Positions 11,901 through 20,964 of a stretch of 64,000 bases of DNA are shown one piece after another (positions within the stretch are counted from its first letter, which is position 1; the number at the start of each line of letters is the position of its first letter). Both the position numbers and the translations under genes were made by a program. The notes beneath the pieces are model-generated. The model was not told the DNA's origin, ran no database searches, and saw only the letters and a program-made list of their open reading frames with translations. Source of the DNA: Candidatus Eremiobacteria bacterium (GTDB lineage: Bacteria > Vulcanimicrobiota > Vulcanimicrobiia > Vulcanimicrobiales > Vulcanimicrobiaceae); NCBI GenBank assembly GCA_963737065.1, contig CAVTRC010000001.1, positions 1,216,001 through 1,280,000 of the forward strand, read 5' to 3'.

Positions 11901-12791
11901 GTAGTCTTGGTTGTATCCGCTCAGTCCGACGTAGTAGCTGAAACGGCGATCCGGCGTTGCGCCGCCCGCTTCGACCTTTGCCTGGTGATAAAACGTCGGC
12001 GAACCGATCCCGCCTGAGAGGTCGAGATAGCCGGGATACGTCCCGGTCTTGAAGACCTGGTTGATGAATCCCGCCGTTCCCGCGGATGACGACGACGATG
12101 GGCCGCCGCCCGTGTACACTTGCAGTTCTTGTAGCCCGAGATTCGATTCTGTCGACGAATTGTAGTTGTCGAACGCGCGATTGACGGGGATCCCGTCGTA
12201 TTCGAATCCGGTGAAGAAGAATTGCGAACCGCGGACGTATGTCGGCTGATTCCATCCCATTCCGCCCGCCGGAACGGTAACGCCCGGAACGGACGAAATG
12301 GCGGAGTAGGCGCTGTTGAGGTTGCCGCCGCCGCCGAGCGCGCTTGCGGTCGTAATCGCTTGCGAGTTGACGCTGTAGATATCGGAACCGACGCCGGCTT
12401 TTACGAGCGAGCCGGCGGACGTAGCCGATACTTTCGCGATCGTCTTGAGTGCCTTCTCCATCCTGAAGGACAACGTCAGATTGTTGTCCGCGAAAACGGT
12501 AACGCCGGCGTATGAAACCGGCTGATAGCCGTCCTTTTCCAGTGAGACGGTATATGTGTCCGGTGCAAGGGAGAGGAAGTTGAATCTGCCAGATGCGTCA
12601 CTCGTTGTCGTGCCGCTTTGCGAAGCGGATACGACTTTGACTGACGCGCCTGCAATCGGACTTCCGGCCGTGTCGGTGACGATGCCGCCGATTCCGCCCG
12701 TCGTACCGGCCAGTGCCCATGTTACCTGGCCGAAGACGAGTGCAATCAATGCGAACGCCGTCGCCGCACGTCGAAAGATTTGACGTATCAT
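8955..12791 (-). CDS. TonB-dependent receptor (Oar-like) with N-terminal carboxypeptidase-regulatory-like domain
   Basis: Signal peptide, GGIVTD..G.PIAGASV...G.F.F.L.PDTYTV domain, plug (YVRG...YDGIPVN), beta-barrel ending FFQLTVKV; 1278 aa. Confidence 0.9.
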   Translation of the reverse strand: MIRQIFRRAATAFALIALVFGQVTWALAGTTGGIGGIVTDTAGSPIAGASVKVVSASQSGTTTSDASGRFNFLSLAPDTYTVSLEKDGYQPVSYAGVTVFADNNLTLSFRMEKALKTIAKVSATSAGSLVKAGVGSDIYSVNSQAITTASALGGGGNLNSAYSAISSVPGVTVPAGGMGWNQPTYVRGSQFFFTGFEYDGIPVNRAFDNYNSSTESNLGLQELQVYTGGGPSSSSSAGTAGFINQVFKTGTYPGYLDLSGGIGSPTFYHQAKVEAGGATPDRRFSYYVGLSGYNQDYRFLNNANGGSMANDPTGIYTGQSFVAVGPQLINGTARSETPECITGTATTPASVANLPWLAPDLGGSATNCYVPFNGLYGNATDPAQIADRENVVNFHFRIPRKNGTSDDVQLLGSSSMLNTSFYTSPNDAGGYSAYTNALFGNAYCNPQTSLSAGGAACTPTPYVNYPAYVDATIYNAPFGTPIKNLTTSQYYQPSSPTNRAFQSELPATLRDAIMNDTGIVKLQYTHQFSSNAFARVFGYTFFSDWTQAGANSAQDCYLNGGLGPCFSGVAANYDLITHTGGGQIELVDQLTSQHLLQLTANYTTANVVRYNNTGYTASSGPLSVSPIGVVSQSGSTFSCWDEQPGSPQYDSTVPCVPSGSAFKLWGSNAANGAYNGGALGPNAAAAGANWVTLWNGNAAGTLNTVKPKFAFVSLSDQWRPNDKLLLNAQLRYEDYQYGLVANPGTATDFYAQIISNDVCQNASGVVLTKPLLPGAPPPAPVIYTPSCAAGTVVAGYPNGIPAGYSHPSFSAISPSSYTIADLSPRLSATYTQSPDTVWRGSIGRFTEPPISASVQYLNSSGNSLSTWNATLPLGFYTPFHPIPAMNATQADLSLEHHIHGTDMSFKISPFYNYTVGYQEQSFIGPNFVTQAPVGNFRSMGVEAAFTKGDFAKDGLSTQVALTYTNAKVQYTNWFGTNQLNAVNQAISQFNVLTKGGGGSPYYCSGGKDAAGNPSPGVASPSCGAFGGIAITNPYYNMNQQGLVNTSGWYAPADTGLSPTNNPSTTYYDSPWNLEWLLNYRKQKFATTLSLSVVQGSAYGGPLDVVGVDPRVCTANATTSGIVLASPKTDPFACDALTAGGTFSNAAGQLFVPNPQTGSFAYPGEYRNPWLMVGNLAFTYDLSPRISANITLANLFHSCFGGTKAPWTSAFAPSPYVCGYQANGFFISNFYNGTSPFDTAANGFTPPAFETNSYSPRSFSDAGTVPSPLNVFFQLTVKV

Positions 12792-12879
12792 GCGATGCCT
12801 TTCACAAAATTAGAGGTTGCTGAGCAGCTTGCTCATGCCGCCATCATGGCATCGCATTGCGGTGTTAGCTTAACACCGC
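12790..12879 (-). promoter_or_regulatory. structured 5' leader of the TonB receptor gene
   Basis: 10-bp inverted repeat ATGCGATGCC (12790-12799) / GGCATCGCAT (12848-12857) covers the start codon; 9-bp inverted repeat GCGGTGTTA-GCT-TAACACCGC (12859-12879). Confidence 0.4.
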
Positions 12880-12895
12880 GTAACGCAGTCTCACA

Positions 12896-13276
12896 TCACA
12901 TAACACTGCTCGCAGCAGCCGGCGAATGCAGACCGTGGACGTTGCCTTCGGAATCTTGAATCATCGCCCAACCGCCCCACGGTTCGATCCGCGGTGGTGT
13001 TGCGATCGTCACGCCACGCCTCTGCAGGTCGCCGCATGCCTTCGTAACGTCATCCACTTCGAGAATCACGCGAACGTCGTTCTCGCCTTCTTTGATCTCT
13101 TCGTCAACGACCGACAGCGTGAATGACGCCTGTCCACCGTTCGGCGCTACCGTTACCCAGCGCATTCCTTCTCCCATCGGCGCGTCCATCGTCTTGTCCC
13201 ACCCAAGCGTCTTCGTATAAAACTCGATCGCGCGGTCGATGTCGCGCACGGGCAACGTCACAACGGATATGTACAT
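12896..13276 (-). CDS. VOC/glyoxalase family protein
   Basis: VTLPVRDIDRAIEFYTKTLG, EPWGGWAMIQDSEGN; AGGAGGA RBS before MYISVV. Confidence 0.9.
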   Translation of the reverse strand: MYISVVTLPVRDIDRAIEFYTKTLGWDKTMDAPMGEGMRWVTVAPNGGQASFTLSVVDEEIKEGENDVRVILEVDDVTKACGDLQRRGVTIATPPRIEPWGGWAMIQDSEGNVHGLHSPAAASSVM

Positions 13277-13360
13277 GCTTTCCTCCTTCGTCCCAGTTAC
13301 CTCACCGACTGGCGGCCACTGCGATGGTCCCGTTGCATCGCGATGAATAATGCGCGCCGC

Positions 13361-13400
13361 AAAACACAAAGCCCGCCGCCGAATCGGCGACAGGCTTTGT
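13361..13400 (-). terminator. Rho-independent terminator
   Basis: Minus strand ACAAAGCCUGUCGCCG-AUU-CGGCGGCGGGCUUUGU followed by GUUUU. The two non-Watson-Crick positions are G.U pairs only on the minus strand. Confidence 0.75.
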
Positions 13401-13558
13401 TGTACTTTCCGATTCGTTCGCCTGTTTGAGTTCGTTACCGAACCCCCACTGACGTTCGATCCTCGGTTGGTGATTACACTACACTCGCTGAACGACAGCG
13501 CTTCAACCGTGCAATCAACGCGGCTTCGTACTACCGCACTTCGTCGTGACTGAAGTGC
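13361..13558 (-). ncRNA. putative ~200-nt structured small RNA or leader RNA
   Basis: Extended -10 TGcTATGCT (13563-13571) upstream; hairpins GCACUUC...GAAGUGC, CGCUG-UCGUU-CAGCG and GUUCG-GUAA-CGAAC (GNRA loop); terminator at the 3' end; no RBS-led ORF found. Confidence 0.5.
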
Positions 13559-13849
13559 TCCGAGCATAGCAAAGCGACCCATGCGCAAACAAGCCGCTTT
13601 TTTACCGATTCACAGCGTCTCCACAAAAAATTGCCGTTATGAACAAGCTCTGCGCACGATAATCACAGCATCCCGGGATACGCCGAAGGATGGACGTCCC
13701 GACTCGCTGCGTTCACACGAACTCGCGCTCGACGCTCCAAGCGATTTCTTGCCGGCACGCGACCTCACGAACCGCGCTTGCGATGGCTCACGGCAGTCGG
13801 CGATGCGTGTGCAACCGGTTTTGGTCACCGTGCCGTCGAAACGCGCGAC

Positions 13850-14785
13850 ATGGGCTCGCTTCTCGAACGTCCGGTGCGCGCTGCAATTTTGGCCGCTGCG
13901 GATAACGCGGCCGTTCAGCGCGCCGTTTCGCGTTACGGGATGCGCTTGGGCGCGCGCCGTTTCGTCGCCGGCGAACGCGCTGAAGATTTTCTCAACGTAA
14001 CGCAAGCGCTCAATCGCGACGGCTTTTGCGTCGCGTGCGGTATCCTCGGCGAAGGCGTGAACGATGCATCGGAGGCAGAGGACGCGACGGAACAGTACTG
14101 CGAGATGCTTCGCACGTTCGTGCAACGCGGCATGGATGCGAACGTCGCGTTCAAACTGACGCACGTTGGCCTCGACATCGATCCCGAGCTGGCATATAGA
14201 AACGCGGCGCGCATTGCGCGAACTGCCCAAGACGGTAAAAATACGACGCGCCTCGATATGGAGCAGTCGCGCTATGTCGATGCAACGCTTCGGGCGTACC
14301 GGCGCTTGCGCGAACGCTTTGAAAACGTGGGCTTCGTGCTCCAATCGTATCTCTACCGCAGTGTTGCCGATTTAAGAGCGCTCCTTCCGCTGCGCCCGAA
14401 CGTTCGGCTCGTGAAAGGGGCGTATCTCGAACCGCCCGATGTCGCGTATGCCTCTAAGGCCGAGGTGGACACAAATTACCTGCGGCTCGCGGAACTGGCA
14501 CTGACCAATCCGGGTTACACCGCGATCGCGACGCACGATCCGAAGATCATCGATGCCGTCGAAGCGATCGTGAAGCGCGAGCGGTTGCCGCTGCGCGGGC
14601 GTTTCGAATTTCAGCTGCTCTACGGCATCGGCGCGCCGCTCGCGCAGCGCCTCATTAGCAGCGGATACCGCGTACGTCTCGCCGTACCGTACGGCGATTA
14701 CTGGTTTCCGTACTTGATGCGCCGTCTGGCGGAACGCCCGGCGAACCTCGCATTCTTCTTGAAAGGAGCGCTTGGGAGATCGTGA
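13850..14785 (+). CDS. monofunctional proline dehydrogenase
   Basis: RRFVAGE, RLDMEQ, LQSYLYRS, VRLVKGAYLEP, IATHD, FEFQLLYG, YLMRRLAERPAN. Confidence 0.93.
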   Translation: MGSLLERPVRAAILAAADNAAVQRAVSRYGMRLGARRFVAGERAEDFLNVTQALNRDGFCVACGILGEGVNDASEAEDATEQYCEMLRTFVQRGMDANVAFKLTHVGLDIDPELAYRNAARIARTAQDGKNTTRLDMEQSRYVDATLRAYRRLRERFENVGFVLQSYLYRSVADLRALLPLRPNVRLVKGAYLEPPDVAYASKAEVDTNYLRLAELALTNPGYTAIATHDPKIIDAVEAIVKRERLPLRGRFEFQLLYGIGAPLAQRLISSGYRVRLAVPYGDYWFPYLMRRLAERPANLAFFLKGALGRS

Positions 14786-15603
14786 TCGCGCCGCCGACGC
14801 TTGCAGGTGTTTGGTCAGCGACCGTTACGCCGGTCGATGCGTCGTTCGAACCCGATGCGGCGCGTGCCGCGGCCTTTTATCAAGAACTGCTCGCCAACGG
14901 CATCGACGGGCTGAACGTTCTCGGAACCAACGGCGAAGCGATGTCGCTCAGCACGCGTCAGCGCATCGCATTCATGCGTGGAATCGTTGAGGCCGGGATT
15001 CCGAAACCCCAAACGATGTTCGGCACGGGCGCCTGCGCGCTCGATGATGCGGTGGAACTCAATCGCGCCGCGGCGGACCTCGGAGTAGCAGCCGCGCTGA
15101 TTATTCCGCCGTTCTACTATCGCGACACGAGCAACGACGGTATCGTGCGCTTCTTCGACGCACTCTTCACGCGCGCGAGCCCGCCGCCGGTTCTCCTGTA
15201 TAATTTCCCGCGCATGAGCGGTATCACGTTCACCGCGTCGCTCGTCGACCGCTTGTTGAATGAATTCCCGGGCAAGATCGTCGGCATGAAGGACAGCTCG
15301 AACGACGCGACGTTACAGCGTGAGCTACTGCTGCGCCATCCCGAATTGCGCGTATTCACCGGTTCGGAAGAGACGCTTGCCGACGTGTTGAGCTTCGGCG
15401 GCGCGGGTTGCATTTCGGGAAGCGTTGCACTATGGCCGCGCCTCGCCGGCGATTTCTACCGCACGCGCGATGCGAAATTCGGCAAAGAGCTTGCGGAAGC
15501 ACGCCGCTCCGTCGACGGCGGCTCGTTGATCGCAACGGTGCGCGAACGCATCGCCCGCGCGCGCGCCGACGACAACTGGCGCCGCGCCGTTCCGCCGCTT
15601 TAG
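14782..15603 (+). CDS. dihydrodipicolinate synthase (DapA-like) family aldolase
   Basis: GTNGEA, PPFYY, LYNFP, GMKDSS (Schiff-base Lys); 4-nt overlap with the upstream gene. Confidence 0.9.
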   Translation: MIAPPTLAGVWSATVTPVDASFEPDAARAAAFYQELLANGIDGLNVLGTNGEAMSLSTRQRIAFMRGIVEAGIPKPQTMFGTGACALDDAVELNRAAADLGVAAALIIPPFYYRDTSNDGIVRFFDALFTRASPPPVLLYNFPRMSGITFTASLVDRLLNEFPGKIVGMKDSSNDATLQRELLLRHPELRVFTGSEETLADVLSFGGAGCISGSVALWPRLAGDFYRTRDAKFGKELAEARRSVDGGSLIATVRERIARARADDNWRRAVPPL

Positions 15604-17597
15604 ACCGTGCGCGCTTTCCGCCCGATCCAACGATACAACGCAAACGGGACCAAGACGAATGCGATGACGGCGAGCGGCGTGGCGAGCGCAAAGTTTGCGG
15701 CAAGTAGCGCGAACGGTTGCGACGGATCCGCGACGGAGATCGCACCGCGCTGGGCGGCAACGATGATTCCGGCATAGAGCACGCCCCAGATGCTTTCACC
15801 AACGATCAACCCCGACGCTACGAGCACGCCCAGGCGGCGCGCTGCGTCGGCATTGTTTTTGTTGCGAGTCCAATTGTTGTAGATCGCGCCGAAGAGCGCG
15901 CCGACGACAACGGGCGCCGTCGCCTGCGGCGGAAGATAAATGCCCAAGCCCACGGCGAGCGGCGGAAAGCGAAAGCGTCCCGACATGCGGCCGAGCTCAT
16001 CGATCACGATGACGGCGATGCCGATCAACACACCGATGCCGATGAGGTTCCACGGGGTCGTCGCGCCGATCACGCCTTTCGCGAGCGTCGAAATGAGCAC
16101 CGCTTGCGGCGCGGCCAATCCGTTTCCACCGAATCCGTATGCCTTGTTCAAGACGTCGAGTATGGGCGGGATAATGATCGCACCGAACAACACGCCGACG
16201 ATCAACGCGACTTGTTGCCGCCACGGCGTCGCACCGACCAGCTGACCCGTCTTCAGATCCTGAAGATTGTCATTTGAGATCGTGGCGACGTTGATCAAAA
16301 TCGTCGTGATGAACAACGCGTACGCTACCAACGCGGGGGTCGTGACGGGGTCGGCTTTTGCGACGAGCAGCAGCAAGAGCGCCGCACCGATGACCGAGAG
16401 AATCGCCATGCCGGAAACGGGCGAGTTCGACGATCCGATCAGTCCGGCCATATACCCCGTCGCCGCCGCGACGAACAATCCGACGATTACGACGTAGACC
16501 ATGCCGACGACGATCAGCGGCACAGCCATCGATTGCAACGGTGTGCCCGAGAGAAACACGTACAACAGGATCCCGAGCGGAACAAAGCACGCGAGCGCGA
16601 TCAAAAGAACGACGTTGAAGGGAAGATCGTGCTCGGTGATGTCGAGCGTCGCGCCCGCCTTGCGTGCTCGCGATGCGGCGACCGAGGACATAACGCCTTT
16701 CCACACCGGCGCCGCCAACCGCAGCAACGTCCAAATGCCGGCAATGCCGATCGTGCCGGCGCCGATAAAACGCACGTCGTGCGCGCGGATCGCATTTGCG
16801 ATATCGGCGATCGCGCCCGCCTGCGGATGCAACGCCGAAAACAGTGGAATCAAAATACCCCACGCGATAAAGAGGCCGCCAAAGATCGCGCTACCGACGC
16901 TCAGCCCGATGAGGTGACCGACCCCCACGAGCGCGAGCGAGGTCGAAAATCCCAAACCGGTAATCGATGGACCGACCTTCGCGAAGCCGTCGAACTCGCT
17001 CGCAAAGAGTCGAATCGCCGTACCGACCTGCACTGCGGCTGACGCGATCGAACTCACGATGAGCGCGATCAGCCCCAAGCGATTCTCGGCTGCGGCTTCG
17101 TCCTTTTGTTTACCGGCGCCGACGTGTAAAACTTCCGCCGCAGCGACCCCTTCCGGATACGGAAGATCCGAACCGGTCACGAGCGCGCGGCGCAACGGCA
17201 CGCTGTACATCACGCCGAGAATTCCGCCGAACGCACAGACCGCGAAAGACTGCCAGAACGGAAAGTGCGTCCACCAACTCACCATGACGAGTCCGGGCAA
17301 GACGAAGATGACCGAGGACAGCGTGCCCGCGGCCGAAGCAACGGTCTGCACGATGTTGTTCTCCCAGATCGTCGCGCTGCGGAATCCGCGTAAGACCGCC
17401 ATAGAAATCACCGCCGCCGGAATCGACGACGCGAACGTCAACCCGACCTTGAGGCCGAGATAAACGTTAGCAGCGGTAAAGACGAGCGTAATCAGGCCAC
17501 CGAGAAGCAGCCCGCGAATCGTTAACTCGAGTGCGCCCGCGGGACGGGAAACCGGCTCGATGACACCAGCCGGGCTTTCCGGTTGTGTGAGTTGCAC
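15600..17597 (-). CDS. OPT family oligopeptide transporter
   Basis: ELTIRG, NVYLGLKVG, SIPAAVIS, LPYPEG, GSSNSPVSG, DNLQDLKTG, APQA. Start approximate. Confidence 0.95.
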   Translation of the reverse strand: MQLTQPESPAGVIEPVSRPAGALELTIRGLLLGGLITLVFTAANVYLGLKVGLTFASSIPAAVISMAVLRGFRSATIWENNIVQTVASAAGTLSSVIFVLPGLVMVSWWTHFPFWQSFAVCAFGGILGVMYSVPLRRALVTGSDLPYPEGVAAAEVLHVGAGKQKDEAAAENRLGLIALIVSSIASAAVQVGTAIRLFASEFDGFAKVGPSITGLGFSTSLALVGVGHLIGLSVGSAIFGGLFIAWGILIPLFSALHPQAGAIADIANAIRAHDVRFIGAGTIGIAGIWTLLRLAAPVWKGVMSSVAASRARKAGATLDITEHDLPFNVVLLIALACFVPLGILLYVFLSGTPLQSMAVPLIVVGMVYVVIVGLFVAAATGYMAGLIGSSNSPVSGMAILSVIGAALLLLLVAKADPVTTPALVAYALFITTILINVATISNDNLQDLKTGQLVGATPWRQQVALIVGVLFGAIIIPPILDVLNKAYGFGGNGLAAPQAVLISTLAKGVIGATTPWNLIGIGVLIGIAVIVIDELGRMSGRFRFPPLAVGLGIYLPPQATAPVVVGALFGAIYNNWTRNKNNADAARRLGVLVASGLIVGESIWGVLYAGIIVAAQRGAISVADPSQPFALLAANFALATPLAVIAFVLVPFALYRWIGRKARTV

Positions 17598-17639
17598 CCG
17601 CCTTCGATTGTCGGCGCTGCGCAAGGACCCTTTCGTCGA

Positions 17640-17996
17640 TCAGGCAGCGCGTTGGACGAAGACGGCGATCCGGCGTCCGTCGTGCCCGTGCAGGGGCGCG
17701 ACGGTGACGTGAAGATCGCTCACTGCGGCAGCAGCGGGACTTGCGGTCCGGGGGTTACGCCACGCCGCAGTGAGAGCGCGCACGACGCGATCGATCGCTC
17801 CAGGCAGCGCGTCCACGCCGGAGCTCGCGTCGTACAACGATGCTAAGGGTTCTTCAGCGCTGGAGGGCCCGGCCATGACGACCCGATACGCCTCGTCGAG
17901 AATGAAGCAGTAGGGAATGGCGCCGGTAAAGCGCGGACGATTCGGGATTGCATCGTAGGTTGCTTGGGTGATTGCGACCACGGACGAGTCCTCCAT
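17640..17996 (-). CDS. hypothetical protein, possibly a PAS-like fragment
   Basis: 118-aa ORF divergent from the LuxR gene; CFILDEAYRVV...VTVAPLHG...IAVFVQR. Confidence 0.55.
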   Translation of the reverse strand: MEDSSVVAITQATYDAIPNRPRFTGAIPYCFILDEAYRVVMAGPSSAEEPLASLYDASSGVDALPGAIDRVVRALTAAWRNPRTASPAAAAVSDLHVTVAPLHGHDGRRIAVFVQRAA

Positions 17997-18070
17997 GACC
18001 CTATGGTACGAGAGGCGGCACGCGAAAGAATCCGGGGAAACACCTGGTTTTCGGACGAATTACGACGGCC

Positions 18071-20635
18071 ATGTCCGCCCTGATCGGCCGCGAACGGGAA
18101 ATTGCGACCGCTCTTGGCGCGCTCAAGATCGCCCAATCGACGCCGGTGGCGCGCTGCATCGCCATCGAAGGGCCGCCCGGAATTGGAAAGACCGCGCTGT
18201 TGACCACGATCCGCGAGCAATCGGGCTCGTGGCTTCAATTCGGCACGTCAGCGCATCGGATCCAGCAGACGCTGGCCTTCGGAGTCGTTCGGCGGCTCCT
18301 CGCGGCGCTGTCGGAAGCGCTCGGAGATGAATCCGCCCGCTATACGACCGGACTTGGTGAACTTGACGGCAGTGCAACCGATGGCGGCACGACGCTTTTA
18401 CGTCTGCTCGAGGGCGTAACACTAGATCACCCGGTGCTCATCGCCTTAGATGACGCGCAATGGATCGACGAAGAAAGTGCGACCGCGCTCAACGCGATTT
18501 TGCTCAGTCTCGCTGATCGTCCGCTCGCGCTCCTGACGACCGAACGGATCGATCCGTCGGAACCGCTTTCGCTGCTTGACGCAGCAGTACGCATCAGCCT
18601 CGGTCCCCTCGATCGTCGCGCGGCTATGGGTGCTGCGCGCGCTGAATTTCCGGAGGCACCCGTAGACGTCATCGATGCAATCGTGGCGCACTCCGGCGGA
18701 CATCCGATAGATCTCGTCACCCTCGCTCAATCGGCGCGCGATCGCGCAGCCCGCACTGGGAGTGACGTTGCCGAAAGTTTGAGATCGGTCACGGTTCGCA
18801 ACATCCAATCGCTTCCGGCGCAGCTGCGGGAATTTCTTCAAATCATGTCGCTGCTGAACGAGCCGATCGACTATAACTTGTTGCGCCGAATCTGGCTCGA
18901 CGAAAACCATCTCGTCAATCTCATCACCGCGAGTTCAGAACGCTTTTTAGTACAGGAAAGCACGCACTTGCGGTTCGCACATACCATGCTCGCCGATGCC
19001 GTACTCGAGACGATTCCTGTTACCATTCCAATGCGCCGGCGCATCATCGCTGCACTGCGGAGCGTCTCGAATCCCACGCTGGAAGACCGCTTGCAGATAG
19101 CGGAGCAAGCGCAAGCGTGCGGCGATCGCGACCTTGCGATTACGACCTTAGCCGCGCTTGCGAGCGAAGCGATCGAACGTGGGCAGGTGCGCTTGACGAT
19201 CAGCGTCTCCGAGCAGATGCTGAAAATCGGTGAGCCGCCTGACGACCGGTTCGTACCGTTCTATTCCGGCTACGGCCGCGCGCTACAGTTCATCGATCGC
19301 CTCGATCGCGCGAACGAAGTATTTCAACACGCGTTAGATGAAGCGACGCGGCGGAAATTGCCCGGCGTCGCTGCGCTTGCGGCGCAACTTGTCCTCGCGC
19401 AATGGTTCAACGACGAAAACGAGCGCGCCGTAAAGAACTACGAACGATTTTCAAACCAATTCACCGCGCCGTTCGATCGCGCTGCGCTTCACGCGGCGGG
19501 AATGTGGTTCGCGGCCTGCGACGCCGATATCGCGCGCTTCGAGAAAATCGACGCGGAGTTGACAGCCCTCGACGTTCCACTTCCGCCTGAACTAGCGTTG
19601 CGCCGTCACATCGTTCGCGCGTACATGATGATGCGCGCGGGCAATTTCGTCGAGTCGCGCGCCGCTATATCGCGCGTGGAAGACACCGCGTCGAGCGTTC
19701 CGGACGCGTTGCGGAACTTGGGGCAATTTGCGCGCACGTTCGTCGAACTCTGCTTGCTCGGCGTGCACGAGGCGAATGTCGGCGCGCTGCGAACGCGGCT
19801 GCGCGACGATGAAAACGGTTCGTGGCTCGACTACCTCTATGCGTGGACCGAATTGTTCGCGGGCCGGTATCACGATGCACTGGTCGTCGTCGAAAACGCT
19901 TTACAGCGCTATAGCGATCCCATTCACCGGCGCCGGATGCTGACTCTCGCTGCTGCGCTGAGCGTCATGCAAGACGAACCGAGTTCGTTTTTGTCCTCGA
20001 TCGAGAGCGACGTATCGCGCTTACTCACAGGTGAGCGCGGTGTGTGGTTCATGCCGCTCGCATCGTGGGCGTCACTCCTGCCGCGGACGTCCGAATCGCG
20101 CGCTCGGGTGCTCTCACGGATCGTTCTCACACATCTCTCGAAGCCCAGCGATCCACTCGTTATTACGCTCGCGACGCCAATTGCACTTAGCGCGCGTAAA
20201 CGCGGCGACACGGAGCTGCTCGAAGCACTCGCTCAACCCGAAGGGCTGTGGGATGATAAACGACCGCTCATCGCCGCCGAACTCGCGCTCGCGCGTGCGC
20301 TCGCGCGCGAGGGACTGGGGCGCGCTCCCGCACGCGATGTGGACGACGCATGCGACGAGTGCCGCAATCTTGGGCTGTCGGCAATCGTCGAGCTCGTTTC
20401 GCGCTCGGCGCAAAAGACAAGCGCGCTGAAAGCGGAGGCGAAATCTCCGCTTACGGCTCGCGAACGGCAGATCGCAAGGCTCGTTGCGCAAGGTATGTCG
20501 AACCGCGAGATCGCCGAGCAGCTTGTGTTGAGCGAACGCACCGTTGAAGGCCACATCGCCAACATTTTCAGCAAACTCAACCTCTCGTCGCGCACCCAAA
20601 TTGCGGCTTGGGTGTTGCGCGCTACGACTGCATAG
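18071..20635 (+). CDS. large ATP-binding regulator of the LuxR family (AAA_16 + LuxR HTH)
   Basis: LIGRERE, Walker A GPPGIGKT, Walker B LDDAQWID, C-terminal LTARERQIARLVAQGMSNREIAEQLVLSERTVEGH. Confidence 0.92.
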   Translation: MSALIGREREIATALGALKIAQSTPVARCIAIEGPPGIGKTALLTTIREQSGSWLQFGTSAHRIQQTLAFGVVRRLLAALSEALGDESARYTTGLGELDGSATDGGTTLLRLLEGVTLDHPVLIALDDAQWIDEESATALNAILLSLADRPLALLTTERIDPSEPLSLLDAAVRISLGPLDRRAAMGAARAEFPEAPVDVIDAIVAHSGGHPIDLVTLAQSARDRAARTGSDVAESLRSVTVRNIQSLPAQLREFLQIMSLLNEPIDYNLLRRIWLDENHLVNLITASSERFLVQESTHLRFAHTMLADAVLETIPVTIPMRRRIIAALRSVSNPTLEDRLQIAEQAQACGDRDLAITTLAALASEAIERGQVRLTISVSEQMLKIGEPPDDRFVPFYSGYGRALQFIDRLDRANEVFQHALDEATRRKLPGVAALAAQLVLAQWFNDENERAVKNYERFSNQFTAPFDRAALHAAGMWFAACDADIARFEKIDAELTALDVPLPPELALRRHIVRAYMMMRAGNFVESRAAISRVEDTASSVPDALRNLGQFARTFVELCLLGVHEANVGALRTRLRDDENGSWLDYLYAWTELFAGRYHDALVVVENALQRYSDPIHRRRMLTLAAALSVMQDEPSSFLSSIESDVSRLLTGERGVWFMPLASWASLLPRTSESRARVLSRIVLTHLSKPSDPLVITLATPIALSARKRGDTELLEALAQPEGLWDDKRPLIAAELALARALAREGLGRAPARDVDDACDECRNLGLSAIVELVSRSAQKTSALKAEAKSPLTARERQIARLVAQGMSNREIAEQLVLSERTVEGHIANIFSKLNLSSRTQIAAWVLRATTA

Positions 20636-20900
20636 TGTATGCGAACCCGACGGCGCGCGGCGCGTTCGCCTGTTCGCCAGTCAGTTTCGCATGCTCGTCC
20701 TGCAGATTCTCTTCCGCGTATTGACGCATCTGTTCCATGTCGGCGTCGCTCGGCGGCTGCGAGAGGCCAAGCGTTGTTTGAATCAATTCTTTGAGTGCAG
20801 CAGAATCGTTTTGTGCGGCTTGCCACTTCGCGAATGTACCGGGATCGCGGAGTGCGTGCATAAATCCGGCCGCGATTGCGGCGTGTTGGACCGTGGCCAT
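20622..20900 (-). CDS. candidate RiPP precursor peptide (Nif11/NHLP-like helical leader, short C-terminal core)
   Basis: GAGGA RBS just upstream of ATG; FMHALRDP and SDADMEQM leader-like segments; tail APRAVGFAYTMQS; co-oriented downstream of TfuA-YcaO and the methyltransferase. The ORF is well supported; the precursor role is inferred. Confidence 0.6.
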   Translation of the reverse strand: MATVQHAAIAAGFMHALRDPGTFAKWQAAQNDSAALKELIQTTLGLSQPPSDADMEQMRQYAEENLQDEHAKLTGEQANAPRAVGFAYTMQS

Positions 20901-20964
20901 AGTGTCCTCATAAGTGAAGGGGTGTTCGGGTCTCTGACACCTATCGGGGAATCGGTTCGGCGAG

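Noticed and set aside
13361..13558. 6S RNA or a known riboswitch
   Set aside because: The size fits 6S, but the 5' and 3' ends do not form the long closing stem, and no riboswitch consensus was recognised by eye.
15600..17597. OPT transporter as the RiPP exporter
   Set aside because: The OPT family are importers, and the gene is separated from the cluster by the regulator; nothing links them beyond proximity.
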